DNA from: Candidatus Saccharimonadota bacterium
GTDB lineage: Bacteria; Patescibacteriota; Saccharimonadia; Saccharimonadales; AWTP1-31
NCBI GenBank assembly: GCA_026395435.1
Contig: JAPLYT010000003.1
Span: 4,024-68,023 of the forward strand
DNA length: 64,000 nt
Reading direction: 5' to 3'
Shown here piece after piece: positions 1 to 10,318 of the stretch; within the stretch, counting starts at the first letter, position 1, and each line of letters opens with the position of its first letter. The notes beneath the pieces are model-generated. The model was not told the DNA's origin, did not search any database, and saw only the letters and a program-made list of their open reading frames with translations. The translations under genes and the position numbers were made by a program.

Positions 1-1388
1 TCCCAGAAAGAGAAAAATACAGGGACGCCGCTATCTCCGGTACCTAAAAATCCGCCAAAATCACCAGTTTGAGGGACTAAGCCTGTCGAATAACTGTTAA
101 AAACCGAAGAATTTGCATCGAGATTACCAATGAATCCTCCAGTATTATCACCGCCAGAAATCAATCCACGACTGTAGTTATTGTTCAAGTAAGCTTCACT
201 GACGTTACCAGAAAAACCACCTATATTATGATCGCCATAGGCATTTCCGGTGGCAAAAGATTCTGTTGTTGAATATCCATTATTCGAATTATTACCAACT
301 ATAGAACCTACTAAGCCACCAACATTACTATCACCATGGACATTTCCGGTGGCTTTTGACTGACGAATACCGCTAATATATGCGACACCTATTAACCCGC
401 CAACATCTTGTACGCCGGTTACTTCTCCTGATGCAGAAACGGTATTAAATTTAGCGCCATTGCCCATGCATCCATCTTGACCCACAAAGCCACCAACCTC
501 ATTTCTACCTGTAACTGTGCCTGTAGCATAAGAATTATTATACTGTGCAACACATGCTGATTGACCCACAAAGCCACCAACTAAATCGATACTGCTGTCG
601 GCTGTAACATTTCCGGTAGCAAAGGAATTTTCAACAGTATTTGTCGAGTCACCAAAATTAGATCCTGCAAATCCACCTATATTCGAATTTAAACACTCGG
701 TAGGTTGTGCAGTAATATTTCCGGTTGATGAAGAATTTAAAATGTTAGAAGTCTGCAGGGCACCAAATGCGCCGCCTATGTTATTGCAACCACCTGCAAC
801 AGCAACGTTTGCTATTACATTTGTAATATCGGTAGTAGACGCAGACCCGATAATTCCACCGACTTGTTGGTAATTTCCATTAACTGAACCGCTGACGGTA
901 ATATTTTGAAGTATTGTATGAGTTCCTCCATTATCGGTACTATATCCTGCCAAACCACCGACTTGACTACCCCCATTAACCGTAATATTTGTGAGGGTGA
1001 GGTCGTGAACATATGCTCCTTCAAGTGCAGTGAATAATCCTGACGCATCGTAACCATTAACGGTTACATCAGAAATTGTGAATCCATTACCGTCAAACTC
1101 ACCGTTAAATTCTTCATCATCCCAACCATTTGGATCCTTACCAATTGGCAGTAAATCACCTCCGCTGGAGCATGAGAAACTGGCAGTAAGCTTGAAATGC
1201 AGATTTTCTTGACCGCCGATGTCGTCCATAGCCCTAAGGTCTGTGCAATTCGAAATTAGGAATGGCGCTCCAGCGGATCCATTGCCAGCAAGCGCGTAAA
1301 CAGTATGTGAGAAAAGTATCGAAAACGTTGGTAGTAGCAACAAAAGCGATGCTAAAGAAACCTTTAATGTTCGCGTGATTGATTTCAA
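1..1388 (-). CDS. Secreted GLUG-type glycine-rich repeat surface protein (3' end runs off the window; absent from the ORF track)
   Basis: Manual translation from TTG at 1388 (AGGA RBS upstream): MKSITRTLKVSLASLLLLLPTFSILFSHTVYALAGNGSAGAPFLISNCTDLRAMDD..., followed by VGGFVG/ATGNV repeats like the two upstream paralogs. Confidence 0.85.
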   Translation of the reverse strand, partial: MKSITRTLKVSLASLLLLLPTFSILFSHTVYALAGNGSAGAPFLISNCTDLRAMDDIGGQENLHFKLTASFSCSSGGDLLPIGKDPNGWDDEEFNGEFDGNGFTISDVTVNGYDASGLFTALEGAYVHDLTLTNITVNGGSQVGGLAGYSTDNGGTHTILQNITVSGSVNGNYQQVGGIIGSASTTDITNVIANVAVAGGCNNIGGAFGALQTSNILNSSSTGNITAQPTECLNSNIGGFAGSNFGDSTNTVENSFATGNVTADSSIDLVGGFVGQSACVAQYNNSYATGTVTGRNEVGGFVGQDGCMGNGAKFNTVSASGEVTGVQDVGGLIGVAYISGIRQSKATGNVHGDSNVGGLVGSIVGNNSNNGYSTTESFATGNAYGDHNIGGFSGNVSEAYLNNNYSRGLISGGDNTGGFIGNLDANSSVFNSYSTGLVPQTGDFGGFLGTGDSGVPVFFSFW

Positions 1389-1422
1389 AACATTATCCTT
1401 TTTATAGTTTATTTTCATCATA

Positions 1423-4400
1423 TTATTTTCGATTTCCACCAAATCCGGTGTTTGGCGTGTTCACAACCAACAGAGCTGGGCCAGATGGATCCTTGATCTT
1501 TCCCACTGCAGGGTCTTCATCTAACGGTCCATTATCGACAATTTCGTATGCAAGCTTCACAGCGTTTTGTCCGCCAATAACAACGTTGGTAATTGTTGCA
1601 CCAGGGATAGTGCTATACGCGTTTGTGACAGAATTGTATTTGCGAGCTATGAAATCCTGAGCGGTGTAATTACCGAACCAATATTGCGAAATAGTAAACG
1701 AATGAGGGGCATTGGCTGCAACATCAAGTGGTGCACCACACGGACAACACTGCGCCGAAACCTTTGGACTGCCACCGTTTATAGACTGTGCACCGAGCGA
1801 CAATGCTGCAGTACCCATACAATCACAACAAGGATTGTAGCAGTCTGTACTAAAGCCCATTACACCCGCAGGATACGAATAGCCTGCATCTTTGTGATCG
1901 GTAGATTCTGGGACGACAGAAGTTGTTTTATTCAAAGAACCATTAACACCACCATTACATGTACCGGTATTAATGGCGACGTAGTTTCCGGTGATAGGGT
2001 TCAGGAAGTTTGTTACGCTTGCTTGCTCGGAATCAAGGATTCCATCGTTGTTGGCATCACCTTTGTTTGGGCCGTTGTTTTCTACCGAGTCGAGTACACC
2101 GTCGTTATCATGATCGGAATTTTCAGCTCGGGTAGTTCCTTCTAGAGTTGCAAATTCATCAATGAAGTTGTTATTAACGTGCATCGAGAATTCGTAGCTT
2201 GTGTTTGGATTCAGATTATAGAAAATTGCCTTTCCTTGAGGTCGACTGGCTGAATCTATATTGATCCAATCGGTATCACCGGTTTTTCGGTAGCGAGTAA
2301 CATTCCAGTCAGCTGGAGTTGCTCGACTCGAGTCGCCACCGTGATAGCCAACTTCGCACAATATTCTAGCGGTTGTTGATGTCAGATGCGTTTGTTCGCA
2401 GGTTATAATTGCGGTAGGGTCGAGCTGCCATTTGAATACAGGATAGTCATTGTTTTGCGTTGATGCAAATTCCCAAATTGTGGCAAAATCAAAACCATTA
2501 ATATCCGGGTTTACATTTGGATCTGCTTCGAAAGTTGGCTGATTAACTACTAGTTTCATTTCGTTTGTGTTCTTAGGAGTGGCTCTATTGTCGGTACTAA
2601 GTCCTGATGATTGCTGATCAAAGTACAGTGAATAATAGATAGGGGTGCCTTCTGCAACTCCAGACGCAACATCATTACCAATCATACCCCCTGTGTGTGC
2701 ATGGTCCGTTGCTTCGACGCCGCCGGTCGAGTAGGCATGAGTAAGTTGCCAACTATCAGCAATTTCGCCTATTAAACCGCCAACATTTCCATTGCCGGAC
2801 ACTGCACCACGAGAGTAAACGTCGTTAATACTACTTCCACTTACGAATCCGAACAGACCTCCAGCGCTATCTCCGGTAGCCGAAACATTTCCTTTTGAGT
2901 ATGACTTGTTTATTTTACTTGTTGAGTCACCAGCATTATATGCGCCACCGCTCAAATAACCACCCAATCCACCAACATACTGGTTCCCGGTGACACTTCC
3001 GGAGGCATATGACTTTGTAATAGTTGTTTGAGAACCTGAACCTATAAAGCCACCGACAGAAACATCTCCTTGTACATCACCAGATGCATATACTTTTAGA
3101 TAGGTACCGCCAACTCCTTCACAAGAGTCATCACCAACGAATCCACCGACTTCAGTCGCATGAGGAGCGGTTACATTACCACTGGCATAGGAGTTAGTTA
3201 TTGATGATTTACATCCACCCGATCCCGCAAAGCCACCAACCGAAAAAGCTGGATTGGCTGTTGGTAGATAGTCAACGACAACATTACCGGTGGCGTAAGA
3301 ATCGGATATTTCCACACCTTCGCCGAGTGCGATACCCGCAAACCCGCCAACATTATAGCTATTGGTATTGTTCGGTGAATTTCCATTGACGTTTCCATGC
3401 CCAGTCACCAATCCGGTAGCATGAGAGCCTGAGATTTTTGCTTTAGATGTAGGACTGAAATCTTGCATTTGGCCTACGAAGCCACCGGCATTAATTCCTT
3501 CAGACTCTACGGTAGCGGCAGTACTTGAACTTCGAATGTCGCCTCCCGTCATGTAGCCTACGAAGCCACCTACCTTATCTCCACTTTTTGCAACGCCACC
3601 AACATATACGTTCTCTCTGTAGTCTGCTTGAACAGTAGCATCTGAAGTAACAGTCACAAGGTTTACCATACCACCGCTAAGCTCTCCTATTGCTCCACCG
3701 ATGCTATAGCCACCATCTACATTTGCTGAGGTTGTACTTCCTGATAAAATTCCGCCATTCATAGATCCGATCAACCCGCCAATAATGTTTCCACTGCCAT
3801 GTACAGATCCGCCGAGCACTGAAGACTCGGAGATGATTGAAGTATCTGTATCGCTATCTTTGAACGTGTAGCCAGCAATCCCGCCACCGTTATAAGACAA
3901 GTAGGCTCTGGCCATGCTGTTATTTACAGTCACTCGGGTGATTGAAGTACTGCCTGCAACCCCTACTAAACCACCGGTATATTGTTGGCCGACGATTGAC
4001 GAATTAGTGAGCGTTAGGTCATGAATAGATGCTTTATATGTAAATCCAAAAAGCCCCACAAACGAAGTTTCTTTGCGGAAAATCCATAAGTTACTTATGA
4101 CCTTGCCATTGCCATCGAATGTCCCAGTAAAGTTATCCTGTGGTCCGCCAATTGGGTCAAAACCGCTATAACCGTTATTGACAACTCCTGTGTAGGAATC
4201 GTTTATGAGCGTACCTCCGACGATTCCGTCGACCCATTCTGATTCGTTCGGGTTTTGGGTAGCAGTGCTTGAACAGTCAATATCAGTGTTAAGTTTATAA
4301 CTAGCAGCTAGAGATGCCGTGTTGGCAGAAATTGCGTTGAGGTCTTCGCAAGAATTAATCAAAATTGGATCGGGTGCAAGCGCAGCTGCGATCTGAGGTG

Positions 4401-4476
4401 TAAACATCGTAATCATAGGTACCAGTAGCACGGCTACAGCTAATAATGAACTGGCTCGACGTAAATACTTATACAC
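1423..4476 (-). CDS. Secreted GLUG-type repeat protein with FN3-like region and C-terminal choice-of-anchor-U-like domain
   Basis: Signal peptide; many xGGxxG / YASGxV repeats; acidic DxDxDG...GDANNDG motif; C-terminal IVDNGPLDEDPAVGKIKDPSGP; ends TPNTGFGGNRK. Confidence 0.85.
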   Translation of the reverse strand: MYKYLRRASSLLAVAVLLVPMITMFTPQIAAALAPDPILINSCEDLNAISANTASLAASYKLNTDIDCSSTATQNPNESEWVDGIVGGTLINDSYTGVVNNGYSGFDPIGGPQDNFTGTFDGNGKVISNLWIFRKETSFVGLFGFTYKASIHDLTLTNSSIVGQQYTGGLVGVAGSTSITRVTVNNSMARAYLSYNGGGIAGYTFKDSDTDTSIISESSVLGGSVHGSGNIIGGLIGSMNGGILSGSTTSANVDGGYSIGGAIGELSGGMVNLVTVTSDATVQADYRENVYVGGVAKSGDKVGGFVGYMTGGDIRSSSTAATVESEGINAGGFVGQMQDFSPTSKAKISGSHATGLVTGHGNVNGNSPNNTNSYNVGGFAGIALGEGVEISDSYATGNVVVDYLPTANPAFSVGGFAGSGGCKSSITNSYASGNVTAPHATEVGGFVGDDSCEGVGGTYLKVYASGDVQGDVSVGGFIGSGSQTTITKSYASGSVTGNQYVGGLGGYLSGGAYNAGDSTSKINKSYSKGNVSATGDSAGGLFGFVSGSSINDVYSRGAVSGNGNVGGLIGEIADSWQLTHAYSTGGVEATDHAHTGGMIGNDVASGVAEGTPIYYSLYFDQQSSGLSTDNRATPKNTNEMKLVVNQPTFEADPNVNPDINGFDFATIWEFASTQNNDYPVFKWQLDPTAIITCEQTHLTSTTARILCEVGYHGGDSSRATPADWNVTRYRKTGDTDWINIDSASRPQGKAIFYNLNPNTSYEFSMHVNNNFIDEFATLEGTTRAENSDHDNDGVLDSVENNGPNKGDANNDGILDSEQASVTNFLNPITGNYVAINTGTCNGGVNGSLNKTTSVVPESTDHKDAGYSYPAGVMGFSTDCYNPCCDCMGTAALSLGAQSINGGSPKVSAQCCPCGAPLDVAANAPHSFTISQYWFGNYTAQDFIARKYNSVTNAYSTIPGATITNVVIGGQNAVKLAYEIVDNGPLDEDPAVGKIKDPSGPALLVVNTPNTGFGGNRK

Positions 4477-4550
4477 GCTCAGGGACTCCTCAAGTAATTA
4501 CCTTTAGTGTACTTGATAATGGTTGTGCTTACTAGTATTTTTAAGCAAAA

Positions 4551-7500
4551 TTACAGCTTCGAAATACCGGTGTTTGGGACACCCACTCCAGCGAACCTGG
4601 AAGAGATTGGCCTTATAGCTAGAAGTGCGGGGCCAGTTGGGTCGGAAATTCGGCCGTTTACGGTGCCGTCATCATCAAGCGGACCACCGTCGATAACATG
4701 GTAAACCACTTTCATTACCGGCTTTCCGGCGATAACTTCGTTTGTTAGAACAGCATCAGGGATCGTAGTATACACATTGTTTTTCCATTTTCGAATCACT
4801 ATTTTGCTAATATCAAAAGTACCATAATAATATTGAGCGACCGTCACGTCAGACCCGCAGCCAGTAGCCGTGAAGCCGACCAATCCTGCCGGGTAATCAT
4901 ACATCGAGTCTTCGCTACTGCCTCCGGCCTCGCTACCTATCTGGACACCTTGGTTACTAGTGCAGTTAGTTTGTAGCACCGCGTACTTGCCGCTAACTAT
5001 GTCGACGTAACTTGAGACGTTAGATTGATTGCCGTCTGGTGTACCGTCATTATTTGCGTCTCCATAGTTGGGTGCATCGCTCTCTTGGTTGTTTTGTACA
5101 CCATCAGAATCTAAATCAATAGACCACTTGAGTTTGGGTGTCTTACCCTCTTGAATTACCCATATATCAGTAAAGGCCCAAATTGGTGATAAGTTGATTG
5201 TAAAAGGGGTATTGGTTGAATTACCGATAAAGTGGTTACTGTCATTACCGTCTAGGTTAACGAGTATACAAGAGTCATCGTTGTCGGCATTTCCATAACA
5301 ATTCAGGCCAGCTGATTGAGCATCAACATAAACTCGAGAGTCGGTAGTATAGGAACCAGTGTTTAGCCCAACAACGGACCCAACTGCAGATGGACCATTT
5401 TCACCTACTGAGACAAAAGAGTTCGTAATCGTTGCTTCACCATTTTGATACCCAATTATGCCACCAGCATGACCATTCTGAGCACTTACCCTATCGGTTT
5501 CAGCACTAGTGACGTAACTTTTATCAATTGTTACTATACCGATTTCACTTGCAATAAAGCCCCCCGCATTGTAAGCGCCAGCTGTTACTGAACCTTCAAA
5601 ATAACTATCTGAGATATGCGTAATCTGACCATCTTCACCAATCAAACCACCAGCATTATCATGACCGTTTACCAAAATCACCGCCTTTACAAAACTTTGG
5701 CTAATAGCGAGAGTAGGGTCATAATCTTCGTTAAAAGATTTCCCAATGAGGCCACCTACATTTGCGCCATTAGCAGAAAGTGAAGGACTGACGGCGCTAA
5801 CGTAATTCGTACGACTTAATATTGTATCTAACCCATTTGCATCTATATAGCCAATTAAGCCACCGACAGAATTTCCACTTGCCAGTATCGTTGATGTCGC
5901 TTTGCTCGTTGTGATATTTAATATCGGTCGGTCACCACTATCCTCAAAATAACTATAGGCGGTGCCGATAAGACCGCCACATTGGTTTGCGCATGAAATC
6001 GAACCAGTTGATTGACTATCACTTATTGTCAATGTGCTGGAATTCTCGACGTCACCATAGCCAATCAATCCACCAACAGAATTAGCGCTTGAACTATTGA
6101 TGGCAACGTCTGCCCGGCTATTTCGTATCTGGAGTGAACCAGGATTTAGCTCCGCGTATCCGACAACTCCTCCCCAGTAGCCATAATTGCCACTATTAGA
6201 GCTTGAGCCTATCGATACGTCCGATGTAGAGTTTGAAATTATAGTTGAAGAGCCATCATCGGTATAAACATATCCAACTATCCCACCGGGAAGGTAATCA
6301 GCGTGAATATTTCCTTTTACATGGACGGCATCAATCATTGCGCCCCCGTTGATTCGACCAACCAAACCACCCACCTCACAGCTTCCGGTGACATTAACTT
6401 CGTCAAGCGTAATGTCATGAACACTACTGTCGTTGTTCAAGCTAGCAAACAATCCGACATCGCAATCATTAGGCCTATTAATATACAGGCCAGAGATAGT
6501 GTGGCCTTGGCCATTGAGCGTGCCAGTAAAATCTTGGATCGGCATAAAGCCAAAGTAACCGCCGCTACCGTTGTCGTTCAAGGTTGCCGTACCGGAGCAA
6601 TCAATGTTTTGGGTAAGTAAATAGTCACCCGTAGGATCATTGACCATGTTTTGTATATCCGAGCAGTTTGAAATTGCATAGTTAATCACACCTAAGTATT
6701 TGTTGTATACGTAGTTCCACTCGCCATTCCCAACAATGTTTTTAGCTCGGGCTCGTATATCATAACGACCTACGGCCAAACCATTTATGCCAACGGCTGG
6801 GCTCGTTACCGGATACTCGCCCCAAGTATTCTGACCGGCCAAAGAATAGGCAAAATCGTAACCAGTAATTGCCGATGTCCCTGTATTGCTTGGTGCTACC
6901 CAGGTAGCACCAAGGCTAGTGACGTTATTTAAAAATTGGAGATTCGAGACTTGATCTGGTACCGTGCCGACCATGACATCGTCTACTTCAGTATATGCTC
7001 CAACCCCTACCTCATTGGCAGCCGCCACACGTAAGTCATATCGGACATTATTCGTCAGTCCATCAACGATTATATTGGTTATGCTTGAATTTGGATCGTG
7101 CCCAAATGTTGTCCATGCCGAGTCAGTAGATAATCGATATTGGATACTATAGTCTTCGATAGTACCATTCCCTACATTAAGCAAAGGCGCCCAAGTAAGA
7201 CTAACTTGAGCACTCGATCCTTCTGACTGAACGTTGGCGGGAGCACCAGGAAATGTCTTTAGTAAGGTTGGATGCCAAGAAAATTTTGGTAGATTTCCGG
7301 GATCCGCTACGAGATATGAAGATGCTGATGGACTGGAAAAGCTGACAAATGGTTCATTACTAAGTGACCTGAAGTAAGCACTGTCTGAAGTACGATTGGT
7401 ACAGCTTGTATTATTTGGTGTGGTCGTGTCTATTATCGCCCAACAATCAGATTTTACCGACAAAGCTGAGTCCCAGTTTAGATTTGCAAAATTTCCTGAA

Positions 7501-8312
7501 TTTACTCCACCGATAAGCCCTCCCACGCCTGGTGAGCTAACCGATCCAGTCGCAAAAATTTGGGTAACGGTGCCAGCCTGTTGTTTACCTATAAATCCAC
7601 CGGTATTAGTCCCGTTACCGGACACGTTTCCGCTGGCGAACGACGATGTAATATTATTATTGTTATATCCTGCGAATCCGCCGATACCATCACTGCCATT
7701 AATAACATTACCCTTGGCATAAGAGTTATTTATTGTGCCGGCATAGTTAGACCCAACAAAGTTACCCGTAAAACTTCCGCCATTCGTATTAATATTTGTA
7801 TCGGTGAAGGCAAATTCGATATGTCCTTTATTGAGGCCTGCAAGCACACCACTTCGTTCGCCAACGTTAAGATATCCACCCTGAATCCCAACATGGCCGA
7901 CATAGCCCTCGGCTCCAATGGTGCCAAACAAGCCAGTACCGTCTGTTCCACGACTTAGATTATTAATGTAAAGATTCTTAATGACGTGATCATTGCCGTT
8001 AAAGTTTCCTTTGAAATGTCCGGTTGTGTTGTTGCAGCATCCGTTGCTACCAATAGGTATGAAACCTTGACCACTGTTCCAGTTCAGGGTGTCGGAACAA
8101 TCAATATCGTTTGCAAGGCTGTAGTATTTGGTTAATTCTTGCTGGACCTCTTGTAGCTGGGTACACGTAGTAATTATGAATGGTGTCGCCTGGCTTCCAT
8201 CTCCAGCCCCCGAAAATGCATGTACTTGCCTGTTTTGGCCGAACATACTAAATGCTACTGATGCGATGAGCAATCCTGTAAACGTAATCGTAACTATGTT
8301 GATTTTTCTCAC
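4551..8312 (-). CDS. Secreted GLUG-type repeat protein with two fibronectin type III domains and C-terminal choice-of-anchor-U-like domain
   Basis: Signal peptide; two GLUG-repeat blocks each starting I..C..(L/I)Q; FN3 signatures (PGAPANV..VSLTW, YDLRVAAANEVGVG); C-terminal IDGGPLDDDGTVNGRISDPTGP; ends VPNTGISKL. Confidence 0.85.
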   Translation of the reverse strand: MRKINIVTITFTGLLIASVAFSMFGQNRQVHAFSGAGDGSQATPFIITTCTQLQEVQQELTKYYSLANDIDCSDTLNWNSGQGFIPIGSNGCCNNTTGHFKGNFNGNDHVIKNLYINNLSRGTDGTGLFGTIGAEGYVGHVGIQGGYLNVGERSGVLAGLNKGHIEFAFTDTNINTNGGSFTGNFVGSNYAGTINNSYAKGNVINGSDGIGGFAGYNNNNITSSFASGNVSGNGTNTGGFIGKQQAGTVTQIFATGSVSSPGVGGLIGGVNSGNFANLNWDSALSVKSDCWAIIDTTTPNNTSCTNRTSDSAYFRSLSNEPFVSFSSPSASSYLVADPGNLPKFSWHPTLLKTFPGAPANVQSEGSSAQVSLTWAPLLNVGNGTIEDYSIQYRLSTDSAWTTFGHDPNSSITNIIVDGLTNNVRYDLRVAAANEVGVGAYTEVDDVMVGTVPDQVSNLQFLNNVTSLGATWVAPSNTGTSAITGYDFAYSLAGQNTWGEYPVTSPAVGINGLAVGRYDIRARAKNIVGNGEWNYVYNKYLGVINYAISNCSDIQNMVNDPTGDYLLTQNIDCSGTATLNDNGSGGYFGFMPIQDFTGTLNGQGHTISGLYINRPNDCDVGLFASLNNDSSVHDITLDEVNVTGSCEVGGLVGRINGGAMIDAVHVKGNIHADYLPGGIVGYVYTDDGSSTIISNSTSDVSIGSSSNSGNYGYWGGVVGYAELNPGSLQIRNSRADVAINSSSANSVGGLIGYGDVENSSTLTISDSQSTGSISCANQCGGLIGTAYSYFEDSGDRPILNITTSKATSTILASGNSVGGLIGYIDANGLDTILSRTNYVSAVSPSLSANGANVGGLIGKSFNEDYDPTLAISQSFVKAVILVNGHDNAGGLIGEDGQITHISDSYFEGSVTAGAYNAGGFIASEIGIVTIDKSYVTSAETDRVSAQNGHAGGIIGYQNGEATITNSFVSVGENGPSAVGSVVGLNTGSYTTDSRVYVDAQSAGLNCYGNADNDDSCILVNLDGNDSNHFIGNSTNTPFTINLSPIWAFTDIWVIQEGKTPKLKWSIDLDSDGVQNNQESDAPNYGDANNDGTPDGNQSNVSSYVDIVSGKYAVLQTNCTSNQGVQIGSEAGGSSEDSMYDYPAGLVGFTATGCGSDVTVAQYYYGTFDISKIVIRKWKNNVYTTIPDAVLTNEVIAGKPVMKVVYHVIDGGPLDDDGTVNGRISDPTGPALLAIRPISSRFAGVGVPNTGISKL

Positions 8313-8380
8313 GGCGATGAAATTACCCCAAAGTGCTATTGGTTACAGTTTAGGCTAATTAACCACCCATTACAATCAAT

Positions 8381-9418
8381 TTACGATATGGATGACGATT
8401 CGAGCATTGAGAGTAGATTTTCAATTGATTCTGCATCCATTAGTCGTTCGCGGAATTCTTTGGCCCCGGGGAAACCTTCGATATAGACTTTGCAGAATTT
8501 ATTGAGCGTTACAATGTTACGTTCTTGATTTTTCCAGGTTTCGGCGAAAAGCTTAACATGTGAAGTGTATAAGTCGATCTTCTGTTGGGGGGTCATATTG
8601 CCCCACGGACTAGACTCAGCAAATACATATGGATCGTGAAAGACGCCTCGGCCGATCATCAAGCCATCCAAGCCATAATCCTCTGCGAGTTGTAGCCCTT
8701 GGTCGCGCGTTACAATATCGCCATTGCCAATGATTTTGGTGTCAGGAGAAAGGGAAGTGCGAAGCCTGGCGATATGGCCGATCGCATCCCAATGATTCGG
8801 TACTTTGGACATTTCTTTGCGGGTTCGACCGTGAATAGTTAGCATGTTAAGTTTATGCGAGAGTAAGTGCTCATGCCAGCTAAAATCAATTTCGTTCCAG
8901 CCCAGCCTCGTCTTAACGCTAACAGGGAAGTCCCCTACTTCGTCTCCCCTGCCCGCCTCTTTAAGACCTTCGGCCGACCCCTGTTGTACTGCTATGATGA
9001 TTTCTGAGGCTAATTCACGGTTATTGATGAGTGCGCTGCAACAGCCATTCTGAACGACTGGTTTGGCTGGACACCCCATATTAATATCAATCCCCGCAAA
9101 ATTTATTTCATTTTCTTTGATGTTAGGGTACATAGCTGCAATCTCAAGAGCGAATGTGCCGTTGGCAATCTCGCGAGCGCATTTGTAATAATTACCTGGT
9201 GTTTTACCCCAGAGCTGGACAATGAGAGGTTTTTCGGACGCCGTGGCGACCAATTTTGGCAACAGCTTTGGGCGCCCCGGACTCTGCAGACCATCGACAT
9301 TCACGAATTCAGTAAAATAAAGGTCAGGCGCAGCCGTAGTGGCTATCATCTGCCGGAAAACGGTGTCGGTGACGTCGTCCATAGGAGCAAGCACGAAAAA
9401 AGGCCTAGGAAGATTCAT
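8381..9418 (-). CDS. dus: tRNA-dihydrouridine synthase
   Basis: LAPMDDVTD, IDINMGCP, VSVKTRLG, LTIHGRT, IIGNGDI and MIGRG motifs. Confidence 0.93.
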   Translation of the reverse strand: MNLPRPFFVLAPMDDVTDTVFRQMIATTAAPDLYFTEFVNVDGLQSPGRPKLLPKLVATASEKPLIVQLWGKTPGNYYKCAREIANGTFALEIAAMYPNIKENEINFAGIDINMGCPAKPVVQNGCCSALINNRELASEIIIAVQQGSAEGLKEAGRGDEVGDFPVSVKTRLGWNEIDFSWHEHLLSHKLNMLTIHGRTRKEMSKVPNHWDAIGHIARLRTSLSPDTKIIGNGDIVTRDQGLQLAEDYGLDGLMIGRGVFHDPYVFAESSPWGNMTPQQKIDLYTSHVKLFAETWKNQERNIVTLNKFCKVYIEGFPGAKEFRERLMDAESIENLLSMLESSSIS

Positions 9419-10220
9419 CGCGCAGCTGCATTTCTTTAACGATTTCTTTACTCAACCAAAAGTCCGAAAACGCATGGTAGTTTTGAAACGTTCTAATCCG
9501 GGCATTTAAATATCGTTTCACCATCGAAACAGTGCTTCTCCAATGCTCAACTCGAGTTTTTTGACTACCTTGGGTCAGGAAATAAATCATCGACTCTTCT
9601 TTTTTGACTCGCAGCTCATCACCCCAATTTTCTCGGGCCTGCAAGACATCTAAAATAGATAGCAGCTCCTGACTGCATAGGTTTATTAGATCTTGCATAT
9701 TGAGTGCCGAAAGGTGCGCCCAGCCTGCTGCTTTGACCTTTTTCTCAAACAAGTTCAGTTCTTCTTTGCGCTCATTAAGCTTGACTAAGTGATTGGCGGT
9801 AGATTCCATTCTTCCGGTCACCGCATGAATTTTTGATCTTCGAGCGGCGGCAAGTCGCTCCTGGGTCATTTCACCGGCGGCGAGGGTTCCTCTGAATGCA
9901 GATTCAGCGAGCTTATCGGGATGCCTTCCGATGAGTGCAAACTCTGCTTGATTGAGTGAAATGCGATGCGAACGTGGATTATCAGGCTCGATCCGGACAA
10001 CCATCAATGTTTTCTCGGGTGGTCTGAATAAGGCTTTTTCAATATCTTGAGTCGTAAACCATGCTTTGTCTTCGGGAGTAAGGTCCGCAAACGTCGGATC
10101 GACAAAATAATCTTCGGGCTTAAGATATCTCCCGAAAGCGACACGTGCAGAGTGTGCCAAATCAGTAGTATCGGGCTGATGTTCTACTGCTGGAAGTATT
10201 GGTTCTTTTTCGGGTGACAT
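9405..10220 (-). CDS. Hypothetical protein
   Basis: 271-aa ORF overlapping the dus start; TAATAT -10-like box 5 nt upstream. Confidence 0.7.
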   Translation of the reverse strand: MSPEKEPILPAVEHQPDTTDLAHSARVAFGRYLKPEDYFVDPTFADLTPEDKAWFTTQDIEKALFRPPEKTLMVVRIEPDNPRSHRISLNQAEFALIGRHPDKLAESAFRGTLAAGEMTQERLAAARRSKIHAVTGRMESTANHLVKLNERKEELNLFEKKVKAAGWAHLSALNMQDLINLCSQELLSILDVLQARENWGDELRVKKEESMIYFLTQGSQKTRVEHWRSTVSMVKRYLNARIRTFQNYHAFSDFWLSKEIVKEMQLRDESS

Positions 10221-10279
10221 AAACTATATTATGTCATATTATATATAATTTTAAAATACTTTTAGGCGGCAATTATCCC

Positions 10280-10308
10280 TTGACGCCATAATATCTCAAG
10301 CGTATACT
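10280..10308 (+). promoter_or_regulatory. Sigma70-type promoter for the transposase
   Basis: TTGACG-17 nt-TATACT, 10 nt upstream of ATG 10319; the -35 box abuts IRL. Confidence 0.7.
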
Positions 10309-10318
10309 AATAACAGAT

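Noticed and set aside
1423..1460. Canonical LPxTG sortase anchor
   Set aside because: No hydrophobic helix or full basic tail after PNTG; reported instead as a non-canonical motif
1423..8312. Diversity-generating retroelement or DNA-level tandem repeats in the surface-protein array
   Set aside because: Repeats are degenerate at the protein level only; no reverse transcriptase and no near-identical TR/VR pair seen
1567..8358. Multiple + strand ORFs opposite the GLUG genes (and similar shadow ORFs elsewhere in the window)
   Set aside because: Fully overlap well-supported genes on the other strand or frame and lack protein-like features
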